Notes: generated by a model from the sequence alone, not told the origin. A DNA stretch of 64,000 nt from Callorhinchus milii (GCF_018977255.1 NW_024704743.1:36272001-36336000); one strand, 5' to 3'. Positions 25,805 to 39,207 are shown, counted from the first letter of the stretch. Translations and numbers: made by a program.

Positions 25805-27032
25805 CTGCAAGTCAAGGCCAATGTAATTGAACGCTCAGCAAAAACAAAACACGTCTATTTGAAGCAAGTTTTTTTTGTGTAAAATTTATGCACAGTATAG
25901 ACCTCTAAATTAAGCTATCTCTGCCTTCCATGACCAAGTAGCATGGCAGGATGATTGAAAGCGAATACGCTTTTAATGGGGATGATTTAACTGGTTACCT
26001 CTGTTCTGCTGTGTAACTTGATATCAGGCAAACAAACTGAATGAAGTATGTGTCTTGAGCAAAATAAAGAAATAACCTAGTACCTTGTGCATTTAATAAT
26101 GTGTTATTACAACAACAACAACTTTCATTTGTATAGTGCCTTTCAAGTGAGTTGTGTCATGGAGCCTCATACACTTCAGTCCTGGTTCCCCCTTTGAAGG
26201 TCTTCTTTCTCTAGTTAGTGGATTCCTTCAACAGAATGCTTATGTTCTGAATTGACTGTGCACACAGCACTGTGTAGGGTACTCGGGAAGAGGAAATGTA
26301 TTAAAGAATTATTGGTGATCTCTTCCATTGCAATGGTCTACAATTGTTCCCCAATAAATGTACTTCTCAATTTGTTTGCCAGTTTCCCTGTCGAAATTGC
26401 ATGTTAAATTTTGTCTACTTCTTCATTAGATTTCCATCCCTACCCATTATATTAACAAGAAGAACCTAGCAGCTGTGACAGATGTAGACAATGTATTTGG
26501 AGCCTGACTAGCACAAGGGAAGAAAGTTAAAGAAGTAAAGGATCACAATGGTATCAATAAAATTGAGAAAGGCAGGAAAAGTTATAATAGAGAGAAAAGT
26601 TAAAATGATTAAGAAATTACCGGTTTACTTGCATTAACTATCACTAGCCTCAGCACAGAATAATTAGTTACAGAGCATTGTTGGGTTAGTCATTTGATGA
26701 AGTGTTGTTTTGAAGCCATTTAGTGTGTACAAGTGAGAAAAGTTAGACGTTTTATTTTCATTAAAAACTTTAAAATATCTCTGACATATAATTTTGAAAC
26801 GATTTCCAGAATAGTTTGAACGGCAGTGATGTTAATTTAGATGCTGAAGAATACAGATCGACTTGCCTCTGCGCTGCTGCTGTTTACTCTCATTCTTTGT
26901 ATTTCTGTATCTCTGCTTCCTCCAGTCAATTGAAGCATTAGGTTATAAGAGGTGTCATTAATAACACGCCCTCTGATTCTATTAATTCAGTAACAGATTT
27001 GAACTGTGTCTGACAGTGGTGTGCGAATAATA

Positions 27033-27603
27033 ACCTCCCTCCACAAGCTGCAGGTCATTCAGAACTCTGCAGCTCGTGTACTGTCCCGCATCAGGCTTCG
27101 CGACCACATCACTCCCACCCTCGCTCGCCTCCACTGGCTCCCCATCCCCCAGAGGATCGAATACAAGATCCTCATCCTCACCTACAAGGCCATTCACGGC
27201 CTCGCTCCCTCCTACCTCTCCGACCTACTATCCCCCTATCTACCTGCCCGTACCCTCCGTTCCTCTGGCTCCGGTCTGCTCCACATCCCCCGCCCCAACC
27301 GCCCTACCATCAGTGGCCAGGCCTTCAGCCTCTCAGCTCCTGGGCTCTGGAACTCTATCCCCCAGTGCCTTCGCCGCTTCCTCCCTTTCCTCCTTCAAGG
27401 CCGGTCTCAAGACCTTTCTCTTTGACCGTGCCTTCAGCTCCCCTCTCGACTCTCTACCCCCTCCTCGCTCCCTCCCTTCCCTCCCCTCACCCTGACCATT
27501 TCCCCCCTGCTCGGGTCCTGACCCAACTGTACAGCGCCTTGGGATGTCCTCCCGACGTGAAAGGCGCTCTATAAATGGAATCTTGTTGTTGTTGTTGTTG
27601 TTG
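27033..27603 (+). mobile_element. L2 3' fragment in the prlh2 intron
   Basis: LQVIQNSAARVL...LHWLPIPQRIEYKIL and (TTG)n tail; closely similar to 54291-54613. Confidence 0.92.
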
Positions 27604-28184
27604 TGAAACACCAGACCATTATTCATCTTTGAGACTGAGAGAATGAATGGGACTTCCTCTTTCTCCAGTGACCTGAATGTTTAAGGAGTGAAACAGAAGC
27701 CGGAGCTAATGCATTCACCAACAATTATACAATCACCTCACTAAATAGTAATAATCCTGTAAATCACTTTGAGACTTTTCTACGATGGGATAAGGTGCTA
27801 TTTCAAATGCAAAGATTTTATAATAATACGTTTAAGGAATCAAGATGTCTGGTGAGGGTGGGAATAGAGGGGTTTTTGCAAGGTATGAATAAGTGCATTT
27901 GAGTTCTGACACTAAACTGGTTTCAGCTCCTCGATTCCTAAATCTAATGTGAGCAAAACATTTCTTGAGTTTCAAGGAAAGAATGGGCAAACTATAGTCA
28001 TCTTTTATTATTGAGATGTCACTGAGTCCAGTCAATCTGATTATATTTCTGGAACCTTTTCAAGTTCCAAGTCATCTCAAATAACCCAGTGTTGAAGTCA
28101 TTGAGATCTGGATATATTTTACTTTATTCAGTATCAAACAATGCAATATCTTCTAGCAGTAGAGTGAAGGATGCAGGATTTATA

Positions 28185-28345
28185 ATAATCCTTATAATCT
28201 TGCATTTGATATAGCGCTTTTCACGTCGGGAGGACGTCCCAAAGCGCTTCACTGTAAAGTGAATTGACTGTATATTTGTGGGCGAACGCGGCAGCCAATT
28301 GCGCACAGCAATGTCCCACAAACAGTCGTAGATTGAAAATGACCA
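28185..28345 (-). mobile_element. SINE 3' half
   Basis: Reverse complement of the SINE tail. Confidence 0.85.
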
Positions 28346-28672
28346 ATTTTTTATTTTTGTTTTTTTGGTTTTGGTTTATACTCATTTATCTCAATCTCTC
28401 TCACCTAGTATCATGCATATGCTGAACTGAGAACATACACAACAGCCTGCTAACTGATGCTGATCTTATAAAGTTATTAAAAGTTTGATTTTGCCTTCCA
28501 ATGCTCATTACTACCTTACTTCCGAACTGCTTGTATTCAGAGCCTTGAGACTTCCTCCTGATGTGAGAGGAGCCTCACAAAGGTATTTTTTGTTGTTGTA
28601 TTCAATTAGACACAATGAGTAACCTTCCAGTAGACTTGAGTAGTACTTGCTTTTTTGAGGTATTGTACTTAC

Positions 28673-28826
28673 TTCTGTTGTCGATCTGATGGCTCAAGCC
28701 TCTGCTCTGGGCAGCTCTGGCATTCACAGACAGAAGTAGCATGATCATGTATATAGCAGCCAGCTTCGCGCTCTTGTGTCCTTGCTGCTGATTCATGGAT
28801 GGCCATGAGTTACAGAGTTTACCCAT
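28673..28826 (-). CDS. prlh2: PrRP2 / C-RFamide precursor, first coding exon (signal peptide and N-terminal part of the 31-mer)
   Basis: Acceptor ttattccctcag| with exon start at 28855 and ATG at 28826. Reads MGKLCNSWPSMNQQQGHKSAKLAAIYMIMLLLSVNARAAQSRGLSHQIDNR, then A|gtaagt (phase 1, fits the next exon). Has a hydrophobic core and the HQIDNR motif of C-RFa precursors. A second in-frame ATG lies at 28796. Confidence 0.93.
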
Positions 28827-29641
28827 CAAAATGGTGCGATGGTCTTCTAGGCAAACTGAGGGAATAAGGAAATTCAAAAATAATAGAAATCCTTTGTTTA
28901 CACAAAAAAAGTCCTACCAAACATTGCAATACAGTGAATAAGTTTGTCTGGAGTGCCAAAGTAATTGTGCCATTGACACACGATGCCACTTTGACAATGA
29001 TGAACGTTACGCGCTCATTTTAGCTGTTCTATTGTCAGCCACAGTCTGGCCACTTATCTTTTCTGATCAAGACAGTGGGGTTATTTGTGGGATGTGTTAA
29101 CCGTGTGTAAAGGCATAGAGAGAATTATAAGTGTCCTTCATTTAACAACCAATGAGAAGAATCACAGATGAGTCAATAGTAAGAATAATAAACATTGCAT
29201 TTGATGTTATCAAATTGTTGAGACGGTTCAAAGCGCTTCACAGGATATATTGTAAAGTGAAGTGACTGTACATTTTAATCCTTTATGCCGGTTGTTAATG
29301 ACATTATTCAGGAAATCAGTGCGTATTTGCACATAGTTATCCCAACTCACAAGCAGCCCACAGGGTTTCTGAAAATAAGGAGGTATGAACATGATAATTG
29401 TATGCCCTTATCAATTCATACACAAGTAAGCTTGATTTAAGTGCATCAATTATTATGCATTATTATTATTATTACTAAAATAACTGAATTAGAAACATGC
29501 TCAATGAAGCACATTGGAAGTGTCATTGCTGGCACATCCTCCGTTCAGTAACAAAGGTTTGAACTTGGGAGTCCATTGGTATAAATAACCAGAGTTAGGG
29601 TTAGGGTTATATCTCTAGTGCTGTTTCTGCCCTCACCCCAC

Positions 29642-29742
29642 CTCAGCTTTCTCTGCTCCTCTCTCCTCTGGACAGAGGGTGCAACTGATCCAGGACCTTG
29701 CAGCCTGGGTTCAGAAGCTTCACAGATTATTTGAACGTGGAT
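29642..29742 (-). other. Putative non-coding 5' UTR exon of prlh2
   Basis: On -, a long pyrimidine tract then ttatttag|ATCC; donor GCTGAG|gtgggg, with an alternative gtgagg 5 nt further. No ATG inside. Confidence 0.45.
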
Positions 29743-30331
29743 CTAAATAAGTGCCAGAAAGAGATGGAGGGAGGGAGGCAGGGAGGCAGGGAGAGAGAGA
29801 GAGAGAGGGCTGGTCCATTCACTAGTCACTGATACCCCAGAAACCTGGGGACTTTTGCAACTGATCACCACGGAACTCAGGCTGGGGTTGCACTGGGACT
29901 CTCTTTGCACAAATCCTTGCGACACATAGCGCTCGGGATCTAAGGCAGGAGCTGGTTATGAAGCGGCTGATCAAAGACCAACTGTGGGAGAGAATTTTTT
30001 AAAAAAAAACCCTACAGTTCGAGGATGCACAGGCGATGAGGATTCATTAGACATCAACTGGATAACTGGATCAACAGCAGCAGAAGACAAGACACCAGAG
30101 AGGTTAAGGTACACACCCACAATAAAACAACTGGGAAACAAAGAGATGAGGTGGGAAAACACTATTTTAACTACAATTCAACCCCCTCCCCCCCCTCCCC
30201 CCCCAAAAAAAAAAGTGCCCGACAGATCAAACTAGATCTGGAGGTAATGATTGCATGAGCAATCCTCTGACATTTGGGTGAACAACTTGCATCAAAACCA
30301 AGGAAGTTAGTTTGTAAGTCAATGCACTCAC

Positions 30332-30415
30332 CTGCAACTGGTGCTGTGGGAGGGAGGGATGGAAGGAGGGAAGGAGAGAGAGAGAGAGAGAGAGAGGATG
30401 CACAAAGCAAGAGCA
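30332..30415 (-). other. Putative first non-coding exon of prlh2 (TSS approximate)
   Basis: Begins about 25-30 nt downstream of a TATA box and ends at a consensus donor GCAG|gtgagt. Confidence 0.6.
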
Positions 30416-30434
30416 TTGGGGATTTCTCCAGGAT

Positions 30435-30487
30435 CTTATATATAGCTGGAGTTGGGGCTGAAGTGGGTTGATGACATACGTCAGTCA
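30435..30487 (-). promoter_or_regulatory. prlh2 core promoter: TATA box and CRE-like element
   Basis: On -, TATATATAAG at 30444-30435 and TGACGTATGTCA at 30483-30472, which contains the CRE half site TGACG. Confidence 0.62.
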
Positions 30488-31939
30488 GATGTCTTGAACT
30501 TTCCACTGAAACATAATGAACACAATTACTGGCCACTAAGTGAAGACTGAAACCTTCTTGTGCAGGACACGCACTGGGGCGCTTTGTCAGAGCCCAGTCT
30601 GACAAGTGCAGCAAGAACAGGAAGACGGGGAAACGATTTTAGAGGAGTAAAAAAAAAATCCCTCGAGCAGAAAGCATCGGTTAATGATCTGTAGGTAGGA
30701 GTGTGGAAGGTTAGTTCTGGCGTCGATTCCCACCGCACTGCTATTGATCCCATCGATCTTTTTAAACTTTCCCCAACTTTTTTTTTTTTTGTCTTTTGCT
30801 CTCGAGTATTCAAACCAGACTGCAGAGTTCCACACATTAATCCCACCTACACGTGGACATTGCTTTGTGTCTGGGATGGAATCTGCACTCTCTTCCTGGA
30901 AGGATGCACTCTTACTATCCCCAAATCTTGTAAAAACAAATAGTCACAGGTTGGCAAGAGGTAAGGCTTGGAGACCCCAGAGTGTGGGGCTGGGGGTACC
31001 TGCTAGAGTTTAAACAGCTAAAAAGCTTTGCAATGCATTATGTGGGCTTGAGGAATGCTCCACTTGCAAAATTGAACACCTTAGTTGGGGAAGAGGAAAG
31101 ATAGGTTACAAAAGAAAAAGACTGAAATATATTAGAGTCTGTTGATGTAATGACACACGCTGCAAGAATTGATACCTTCCTCATGGGTTCACATATAATC
31201 CTGATATCTACCTCAAGTGAGTCCTTATCTGCCCCTGGTTGACCATGAAGGTGAGGTACTGTATTGGAGTAAGGCATTTACTAAGCAAGAGGCGAAAGAG
31301 TTAGAGTGGGATTTTGATTTATTTCCCAGTGGTTCACTTAAAACAATTGCAGTTACACGTTCTGTAGTTTACACATGGAGGATAACAGACCCTCGTGTCC
31401 AAGGACTGGAAAAAGATTATTTACCCATTTAGCTGGAATGGCATGTAATGTGCAAGGGGAGTATGCATATATACACAGAATATGCACCCTAGTATCTTCC
31501 ACTTCTATTGCGTGCCTTTTTCATTTCTTGTACTTTTATCATTTACATCAGTATGTTCATGGCTACCTTATTGTGCAAAATATAAACAGTTTTTTTGCAC
31601 TGTTTATGAAATAAAACCGTGGTCAGTCTACTTTGTTAATATTTTTCTTCAGGCCATTACTGGGCTCGGTGGTAAAGAGTGTGAGTCATTCTCACGTCAT
31701 CTCACATTAGTTTTAAGTGCCATAGTGTTCCTTAAATTGAGTGCCGAAATCATTATAAAACAGGATGAACATTTTCGAAACTAGAAACTGAAATATTAAA
31801 ACCACATAAACCTGAAATCTGCAGTGTACTAAGGCAAGGTTCACAAATATAATGTTGTACAACTCTTCCTTTAAGGATGGAAATTGTGGCATGTGATGTG
31901 TTCATTATCACCAATGATGAGTAACACACCACATCACAC

Positions 31940-32525
31940 CAATATCATTCACGCGTTCATCACATCTAGGCTCGTCTACGCCATCTCCCTGCTTGTTGAC
32001 CTTCCCAACTCTTCCCTCCACAAGCTGCAGATCATCCAGAACTCTGCAGCTCATGTCCATTGCATATTGCTTTAATGACTTAATTGGCAATTGGATATTG
32101 ACAATGAGAAGCAAGCAAGTATAAAAGGATTCCGGGACAGTGACTGGGCAGATTGTGGAAGTGTAAGGTTTAAATAAAAGAACTAGTGAACCCAAACTGT
32201 GACCTTATCACCCTCGCCCGGCTCCACTGGCTCCCCATCCCCCAGAGGATAGAGTTCAAAACCTTCATCTTTGCCTTCAAGGCCCTACACGGCCTTGCTC
32301 CTTCCTATCTACTGACCCCATATCAACCTGTCCGCTCCCGCCGTTCAGCAGGCTGAGGTCTGTTCCACATCGCCTGCCCGGCCCGCCCCACCATTGGTGG
32401 TCAGGCCTTTAACCTCTCTGGCCCCACCCTTTGGAACGCCATCCCACATTTCCTTCACCTCACTCCCTCCCATGGCTCCTTCAAGGCACATCTCAAGACC
32501 CTCCTCTTCGACCACACCTTTTCCA
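31940..32525 (+). mobile_element. Interrupted L2 3' fragment
   Basis: HAFITSRL...LQIIQNSAA and LHWLP motifs. Confidence 0.8.
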
Positions 32526-32724
32526 ATTAATAGTTACCTGTCCTGATGATCTGTTTATCCAGAGGCCGTAATATTCAAGTACAGACTGTAGTCCTGTGGA
32601 GTCCTGTAGCTCAGTTGTTTACAGTCAATTCACTTTACAGACTATTCTGTGAATCGCTTTGAGACACCTAGAAGACGTGAAAAGTGCTACATCAAATACA
32701 AGGATTATTATTATTATTATTAAA

Positions 32725-35680
32725 GGTGGATGGCTGAAGAGGGATGGAACCAAAGTCCTCGCAGGCAATTTAACTAGTAGATGGGGAAGGCTTTAAACTA
32801 ATTTCGAGGAGGGGAGGGAATCAGGATGTAGTGTCAAAAAGGAGAAAAAAGTTACGTAGAGGGCTGGGAGAGATGAATAGCAACGGAATAAGGAGTAGTC
32901 CAGAAAAAGCAGGGATTAGGCTGAATATTCCTGGCTACAACCTATTTAGGTGGGTTAGGGAAGTAAAAAAAAGAGGGGTGGCAATATTGATTAAATACAT
33001 GGTTATGGCCCTGGAAAGGGATGATACGCGAGAGGGTCCAAAAACAAAATCTATTTGGTTAGCGTTAAGTAGCAGAAAGATGCATCCTAAAGACCAGCAA
33101 ACAGTGGGGAGGAGATAGACAAGCAAATCTGCAAGCAGATTTTAGAAAGATGCAAAACCAATAGAGTAGTGATAATTGGGTACTTCGATTATCTTAACAT
33201 AGACTGGAAAATAATAGTGTAAAGGGTAAGGAGGGGGAAGGATTCCTGAAATGTGTGCCACATAACTTTCTGGATCAATATATTTCCAGCCCAACGAGGA
33301 AGGAAGCAGTGCTGGGTCTAGTTCTGGGGAATGAAGTGGGATAAGTGGAGCAGGTTTCAGTAGGAGAGCATCTGGACAACAATGATCACATCATCACTAG
33401 GTTTAAAGTACTTATTGAAAGGGACAAGGAACAATCAAAGATGGAGATACTCAGCTGGAAGAGGGCTAATTTCAGTGAGTTAAAAAGAGACCTAACCAAG
33501 TTGGACTGGAAAGAAAGATTGTCAGGTAAAACAGATAACAAGCAATGGGAAGCCTTCAAGGAGGAGATAGTTTGAGGACAGAACAAATATATTGCCACAA
33601 AAGGGAAAGGTAGAGCATCCAAACCTCCCTGGATGAAGCGCTTTGGGACGTCCTCCCTACGTGAAAAGCGCTATATCAAATGCAAGGATTATTATTATTA
33701 TAAGGAAATTGGGATTAAAATAAAACAGGAAAAGGAGGCTTATGATAAATGTCATGTCCAAAATACGGAAGATAATCAAAAAGAATATAAAAAATACAGA
33801 GGTGAACTGGAAAAGGAATTAAGAGGGGTAACGAGATTGTATGCGAAAAGATTAGCAGATAACATAAAAAGGAAACCTAAGGTATTTTATAAGCATATAA
33901 AGTATAAAAGATTAGTCAAAGATAGGGTGGGGCCAATTAGGGGCCAAAGAGGAATTCTTCTTGTGGAGGCAGAGGGCATAGCTGACGTATTGAATGAGTA
34001 CTTTGCATCTGTCTTCACAAAAGAAGAGGATGCAGCCAATGCCACAGTATCGGAAGAGAGGGTAGAGAAATTGGATAAGATAAGAATAAACAGAGAGGAG
34101 GTACTAAAAACGTTGAGGTGCTCAAGGTAGATAAGTCATCCGGTCTGGCCGGGATGCGTCCTAGGTTAATGAGAGAAGTAATGGTGGAAATAGCGGAGGC
34201 TCTGGCCACAATCTTTCAATCTCCTTGGACACCAGAGTTGTCCCAGAGGACTGGAGGGTTGCAAACGTTACCCCCTGTACAAAAAGGGTCAGACGGATAA
34301 ACCCGGGAACTATAGGCTAGTCAGCCTAATGTCAGTAGTGGGGAAACTTCTAGAGTCTATAATCCAGGACAAAATAATTTTTCACTTAGAAAAATATTGG
34401 TTAATAAAGGACAGCCAACATGGATTTGTTAAAGACAAATCGTGTCTAACAAACCTGATAGAGTTTTTTGATGAAGTAACAGAGAAGGTAGTGCAGTTGA
34501 TGTAGTTTATATGGATTTTCAAAAGGCGTTTGATAAAGTGCCACATAAGAGACTTGTAAGCAAAATAGAAGCCCACGGTATTAAAGGGACTGTGGCATCA
34601 TGGATACAGGACTGGCTGGGAGACAAAAAGCAGAGAGTAGTGATGAACTATTGTTTTTCTGACTGAAGGAAAGTATACAGTGGTGTCCCTCAGGGGTCGA
34701 TATTAGGACCACTGCTCTTTTTGATCTGTATAAATGACCTGGAATTGGGTATAGGGAGTACAATTTCCAAGTTTGCAGATGATACTAAGCTAGGAAAAGT
34801 AGTAAATGGTGAGGAGGATAGTAGCAGCCTGCAAGAGGACATAGACAGACTGGTAAAATGGGCAGACATATGGCAGATAAAGTTTAATGTGGAGAAATGC
34901 GAAATGATGCACTTTGGGAGGAAGAAATAGGCGAGGCAATGTAAGCTGATGGTACAATCTTACAGGAGATGAAGGAATAGAGACCTGGGGTTCATATAAG
35001 TAAATCTTTGAAAGCGTAGGACAGGTAGATAAAGCTGTTTTTAAAAAAAATCATAGCAGATACTAATCTTTTAATAAATAGGGGCATAGGATACAAAACT
35101 CAGGAAGTTATGATGAATCTTTATAAAACACCTGGTTAGGCCTCAGTTAGAGTATTGTGTTCAGTTCTGGGCACCACACTTTAGGAAGGATGTCAAGGCA
35201 TTGGAAAGGGTGCAAAGGAGATTTACCAGGATGGTACCAGGAATGAGGGACTCCAGTTATCAGGAGAGGCGAGAAAAGCTAGGATTATTCTCCTTGGAGC
35301 AGAGAAGGTTAAGAGGAAACTTAAATAGAAGTTTTCAAAATTAAGAGGGGATTCGATAAGGTGAACAAGGAGAAACTATTTCCACTGGCGGGTGGGTCGG
35401 TAATCCGAGAACACTAATTTTAAAATAGTTAAAAGAAACAGAGGGGAGGTGAGGAGAATTTTTTTCACACCGTGAGTTGTTTGGATCTGGAATGTATTGT
35501 TTGAAAGGATGGTGGAAGCTGAATCTGTAACAACTTTTAAGAACGAAGTAGATAATTATTTTGGGAGGACAAGTTTGCAGGGCTATGGGGAGACAGCGGG
35601 GGAGTGGGATTGATTTTCAAAGAGCCAGCACATTCACGATGGGCCGAATGGCCTCCTTCTGTGCTGTATAATTCATGAGG
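32725..35680 (+). mobile_element. Decayed 5'-truncated CR1 LINE (endonuclease, RT, 3' tail) with a SINE tail inserted at about 33635-33700
   Basis: Frameshifted motifs IPGYNLFR, VGEHLDNNDH, VLNEYFASVFT, PGNYRLVSL, GVPQGS and ISKFADDTKL; tail gatgggccgaatggcctccttctgtgctgta. Confidence 0.93.
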
Positions 35681-36169
35681 TCCCCTCAGAGTTGTCTTCT
35701 CTCAGGGCTGAATAGCCTCCAATCCAGCCACTATGCTGCGCTCCGAAACATTATCCTCTATGAAGGGCACCATATAAATGCAAGTTATTGTTGCTCTTGT
35801 TTTTATCCAGCGGGTACTTAATGACTGGACAAGGATATCAGGAAGGATCGTTGAGGCCAGAGAGCTAGGCTTGTTTCCAAAACAGCTTGATGCTGTGATA
35901 GGATCAGATAACTGGATTGTGTGATTACACCACCTGCAGGTGAGACCATGTGAAACAGTTCAAAGCTTTCAACCATTTAAACAATCATATAATACTAATC
36001 TTATATGTTTGTTTAACGTTCAGAAATCTGAAGCACTGCAGATCGCTTTTAAGTGTCAATGAGACAGGGGCAGGTTACCATGATAGGGCAAGCCTGTGGT
36101 ACATTAGATCACTGTGGTACTGTATGCCATTTTCTACTGATTGTGGCACAGTGTATAACTATGATACCA

Positions 36170-38200
36170 CAACAACAACAAAATTATATTTGTATAGTAC
36201 CGTTCACGTCGGGAAGTCATCTCAAGCTGCTGGATAGTCAGAGTTTCGGACCCGAGCTGGGGGTCAGGATTGGGGAGGGTGGAGGGCAGGGGGGGAAGTA
36301 GGATCATCGAAAGCGGGTCGAAGAGGAGGGTCTTGAGATGGGTCTTGAAGGAGGCAAGGGAGGGGGTGAGGTGGAGGGATTGGCGGATGGAATTCCAGAG
36401 GGTGGGGGCAGAGTGGCAGAAGGCCCGTCCACCAATGGTGGGGCTGGCGAGGCAGGGGACGTGAAGCAGACCAGAGCCCACTGAGCGAAGGGAGCGGGCA
36501 GGATGGTAGGGGCTTAGGAGGTCGGAGAGGTAGGGGGGAGCAAGACCATGGTTTGAAGGTGAGGATCAGGATCTTGAACTGTATCCTCTGTGTGATGGGA
36601 AGCCAGTGGAGTTGGGCGAGGATGGGGGTGATAGGGTCACGGAGCCTGGTGCGAGAGAGGACACGGGCTGCAGAGTTCTGGACTCACCAAGTCAGTCAGG
36701 AACCTAGGTGTCTTGTTCAACCCTCAACTGTCTTTTCTCCCCCACATTCAAGCCATAACCCGCTCTGCCTTCCCTCACCTCCGTAACATCGCCCAACTCT
36801 GCCACTACCTCACCCCTCAGGCCACTGAAACTCTTGTTCATGCCTTCATCACCTCCAGACTCGACTATGTAAATGCCCTGCTTGTCGGTCTTCCCAACTC
36901 CTCTCTCCACAGGCTGCAGATAATCCAGAACTCTGCAGTCCGTGTCCTCTCCCGCACCAAACTCCGTGACCCCATCTCCCCCATTCTCGCCCGACTCCAC
37001 TGGCTCCCTATTCTTTAGAGGATCCAGTTCAAGATCCTAAGTCCTCACATACAAAGCCTTCCATGGCCTCGCTCTGCGACCTCATAACCCCCTACCAACC
37101 CGCCAGTTCCCTCCGTTCAGCCGGCTCTGGCTTGCTCCACGTCCCCCGACCCACTCCCCCTACCATTGCCGGGAGAGCCTTCAGCCACTCTGCCCTCAAT
37201 CTCTGGAATTCCATCCCCCAGTCACTCCACCTCACCCCCTCCTTAGCCTCCTTCAAGTCCCACCTCAAGACCCTCCTCTTCGACCATGCCATTGGCCACC
37301 CCCCTTCCCCTCCTCCCTTACCGCCCCAACCCCAGCTCGGGTCTGAAATGTTGTACACTGTCCAGCGCCTTGGGACATCCTCCCGACATGAAAGGTGCTA
37401 TACAAATGTAATCTTGTTGTTATTGTTGTTCAACTGAAGAAAGTTAGCTCTCATTCCAAGACTTGATGTCTGACAGCCATTCTATCAGGACAGCAATGGT
37501 CCTGGAGTTCAGGGTGGAGGCAGAGAGGTCGAGTTGAGTGTCATCTGCACATATGTGGAAGTTGACCCCATCTCTGCGGACTATGTCACCAAGAGCGAGT
37601 ATATAGATATTGAAGATGAAGGGACCAAGGACAGAGCCCTGAGGAACGCTGCATGAGATGGTCTGGGGGCTAGAGAAGCTGTTTGAGGAGATGAAGTGCA
37701 GGTGGTGTGAGAGATACAATCTGAACCAATCAAGGACAACTCCGTGGAGGTTGAGGTGAGAGGAGAAGCAGTGGATGAGGATAGAGTGGTCAACAGTGTC
37801 GAAGGCAGCGGAGGTCAATGAGGATGAGAAGGCAGAGGGAGCCCTGGTCGCAGATGGACAGAATGTCATTTGTCACTTTGACCAGGGCTGTTTCTGGATT
37901 GTGGGCGGCACGGAAACCCGATTGGAGGGGTTCATGAAGGAAGTGGTGGGAGAGGAAGGAACGAAACTGGGAAGCAACAACTCATTCCAGGGCCTTGGAG
38001 GGGAACGAGAGGTTGAAGATGGGGCAGTAGTTTGAGAGCACAGATGGGTCCAGGGCGTTTTTTTTTGAGAATAGGTGTGATGACGGACATTTTTAATGGG
38101 TGGGAACATACCAGTGGACAGGGAGAGGTCTATGATGTCTGTGAGTAGAGGGACAAGGAGGTGGAGTTGGAAGGTCTGCAAGTCTGTGTACCAGCTGTGG
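36170..38200. mobile_element. L2 cluster: minus 3' end (36170-36683), plus copy (36684-37430), minus RT segment (37432-38200)
   Basis: L2 motifs on both strands and two (TTG)n tails. Confidence 0.9.
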
Positions 38201-39207
38201 CACCGTATAGGGTGTTCACAAAGTTCTCTTACCACCATTTGGTTTTCTACATTGCACTGACCAACAAAGGAAATGTGTGGAAGAATGATGATAACTGTAT
38301 TTAGAAGTAGTTAATTGTATTTTGTTCAAGTTTTTAACTGTATTTAGACGTCGAGAGGATCGCTGTGTGTGAGCGCCATCATTTTCATGGCAGGTAATGA
38401 TCTGTCAACACATTCAACATCTTCCGTAACATGGATGGAGTGATGAGGAAGTTAATGGTATCAGACATTGTTGCACTCGACTCATCAGCAACAGAAAATA
38501 AAAATTCATTGTAAGAAAAAAACAAGGGGCAGGCAATAGGACTTTGTAAACGTCACTAATATTGTAAATTGTTTATAATAATCCTTCCATTTAATATAGC
38601 ACCTGTAATGTAGAAACAACTCAGAGAATACCACAGTGAGTGTATTGATTCTATATTTGTATAAAGGCAAACGTGGCAGCCTTTCTGTGCATAGTAGAGT
38701 CCCACAAACAGGCATGAATTGAATGATCAATATTTGAGGAGGATTATTGGCCAGAACACTCCATTTTCTTTTTGCCCAAATTCCGCAATGCTTATAGACT
38801 GCTTAAAAATGTTACCCAGTGCTTCACAAGAGTGGTTTGGATGAAGAAGGCCTATTTAATCTCATCCTTCCAGAATACCCACCTCCTGTCTTCCCATCAG
38901 AGTATCAATCTGTGTTTTAAATGAATCCAGTGCCCTTACCACACCCACTCTTTCTGTGAACTGTTTCAGTTTATAGTTACCCTCTGGATAATGAAATATT
39001 CATGAAATTGTTCTTTTCAACTATAAACCTGTATCTGCTGTTCTGCTAGTTGAATGCATCTGAAAGTATTGTTCTGGGTTTGATTTTCAATCCCATTTAA
39101 AATCTTGTACATAAAGTCCCCTCAGAGATGTCTGTTTTCAAGGCTGAGGAGCCCAAGCTTGCCTAATCGTTGCTCATAGCTCATTTTTCTAACACTGGGG
39201 ATCATCA

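Noticed and set aside
28602..28877. 91-aa ORF from the track taken as a single-exon protein
   Set aside because: Only 28826-28673 is exonic coding sequence. The ORF start lies in the acceptor tract and its end runs past a gtaagt donor.
29595..29608. TTAGGG repeats
   Set aside because: Only two units, which is compatible with chance.
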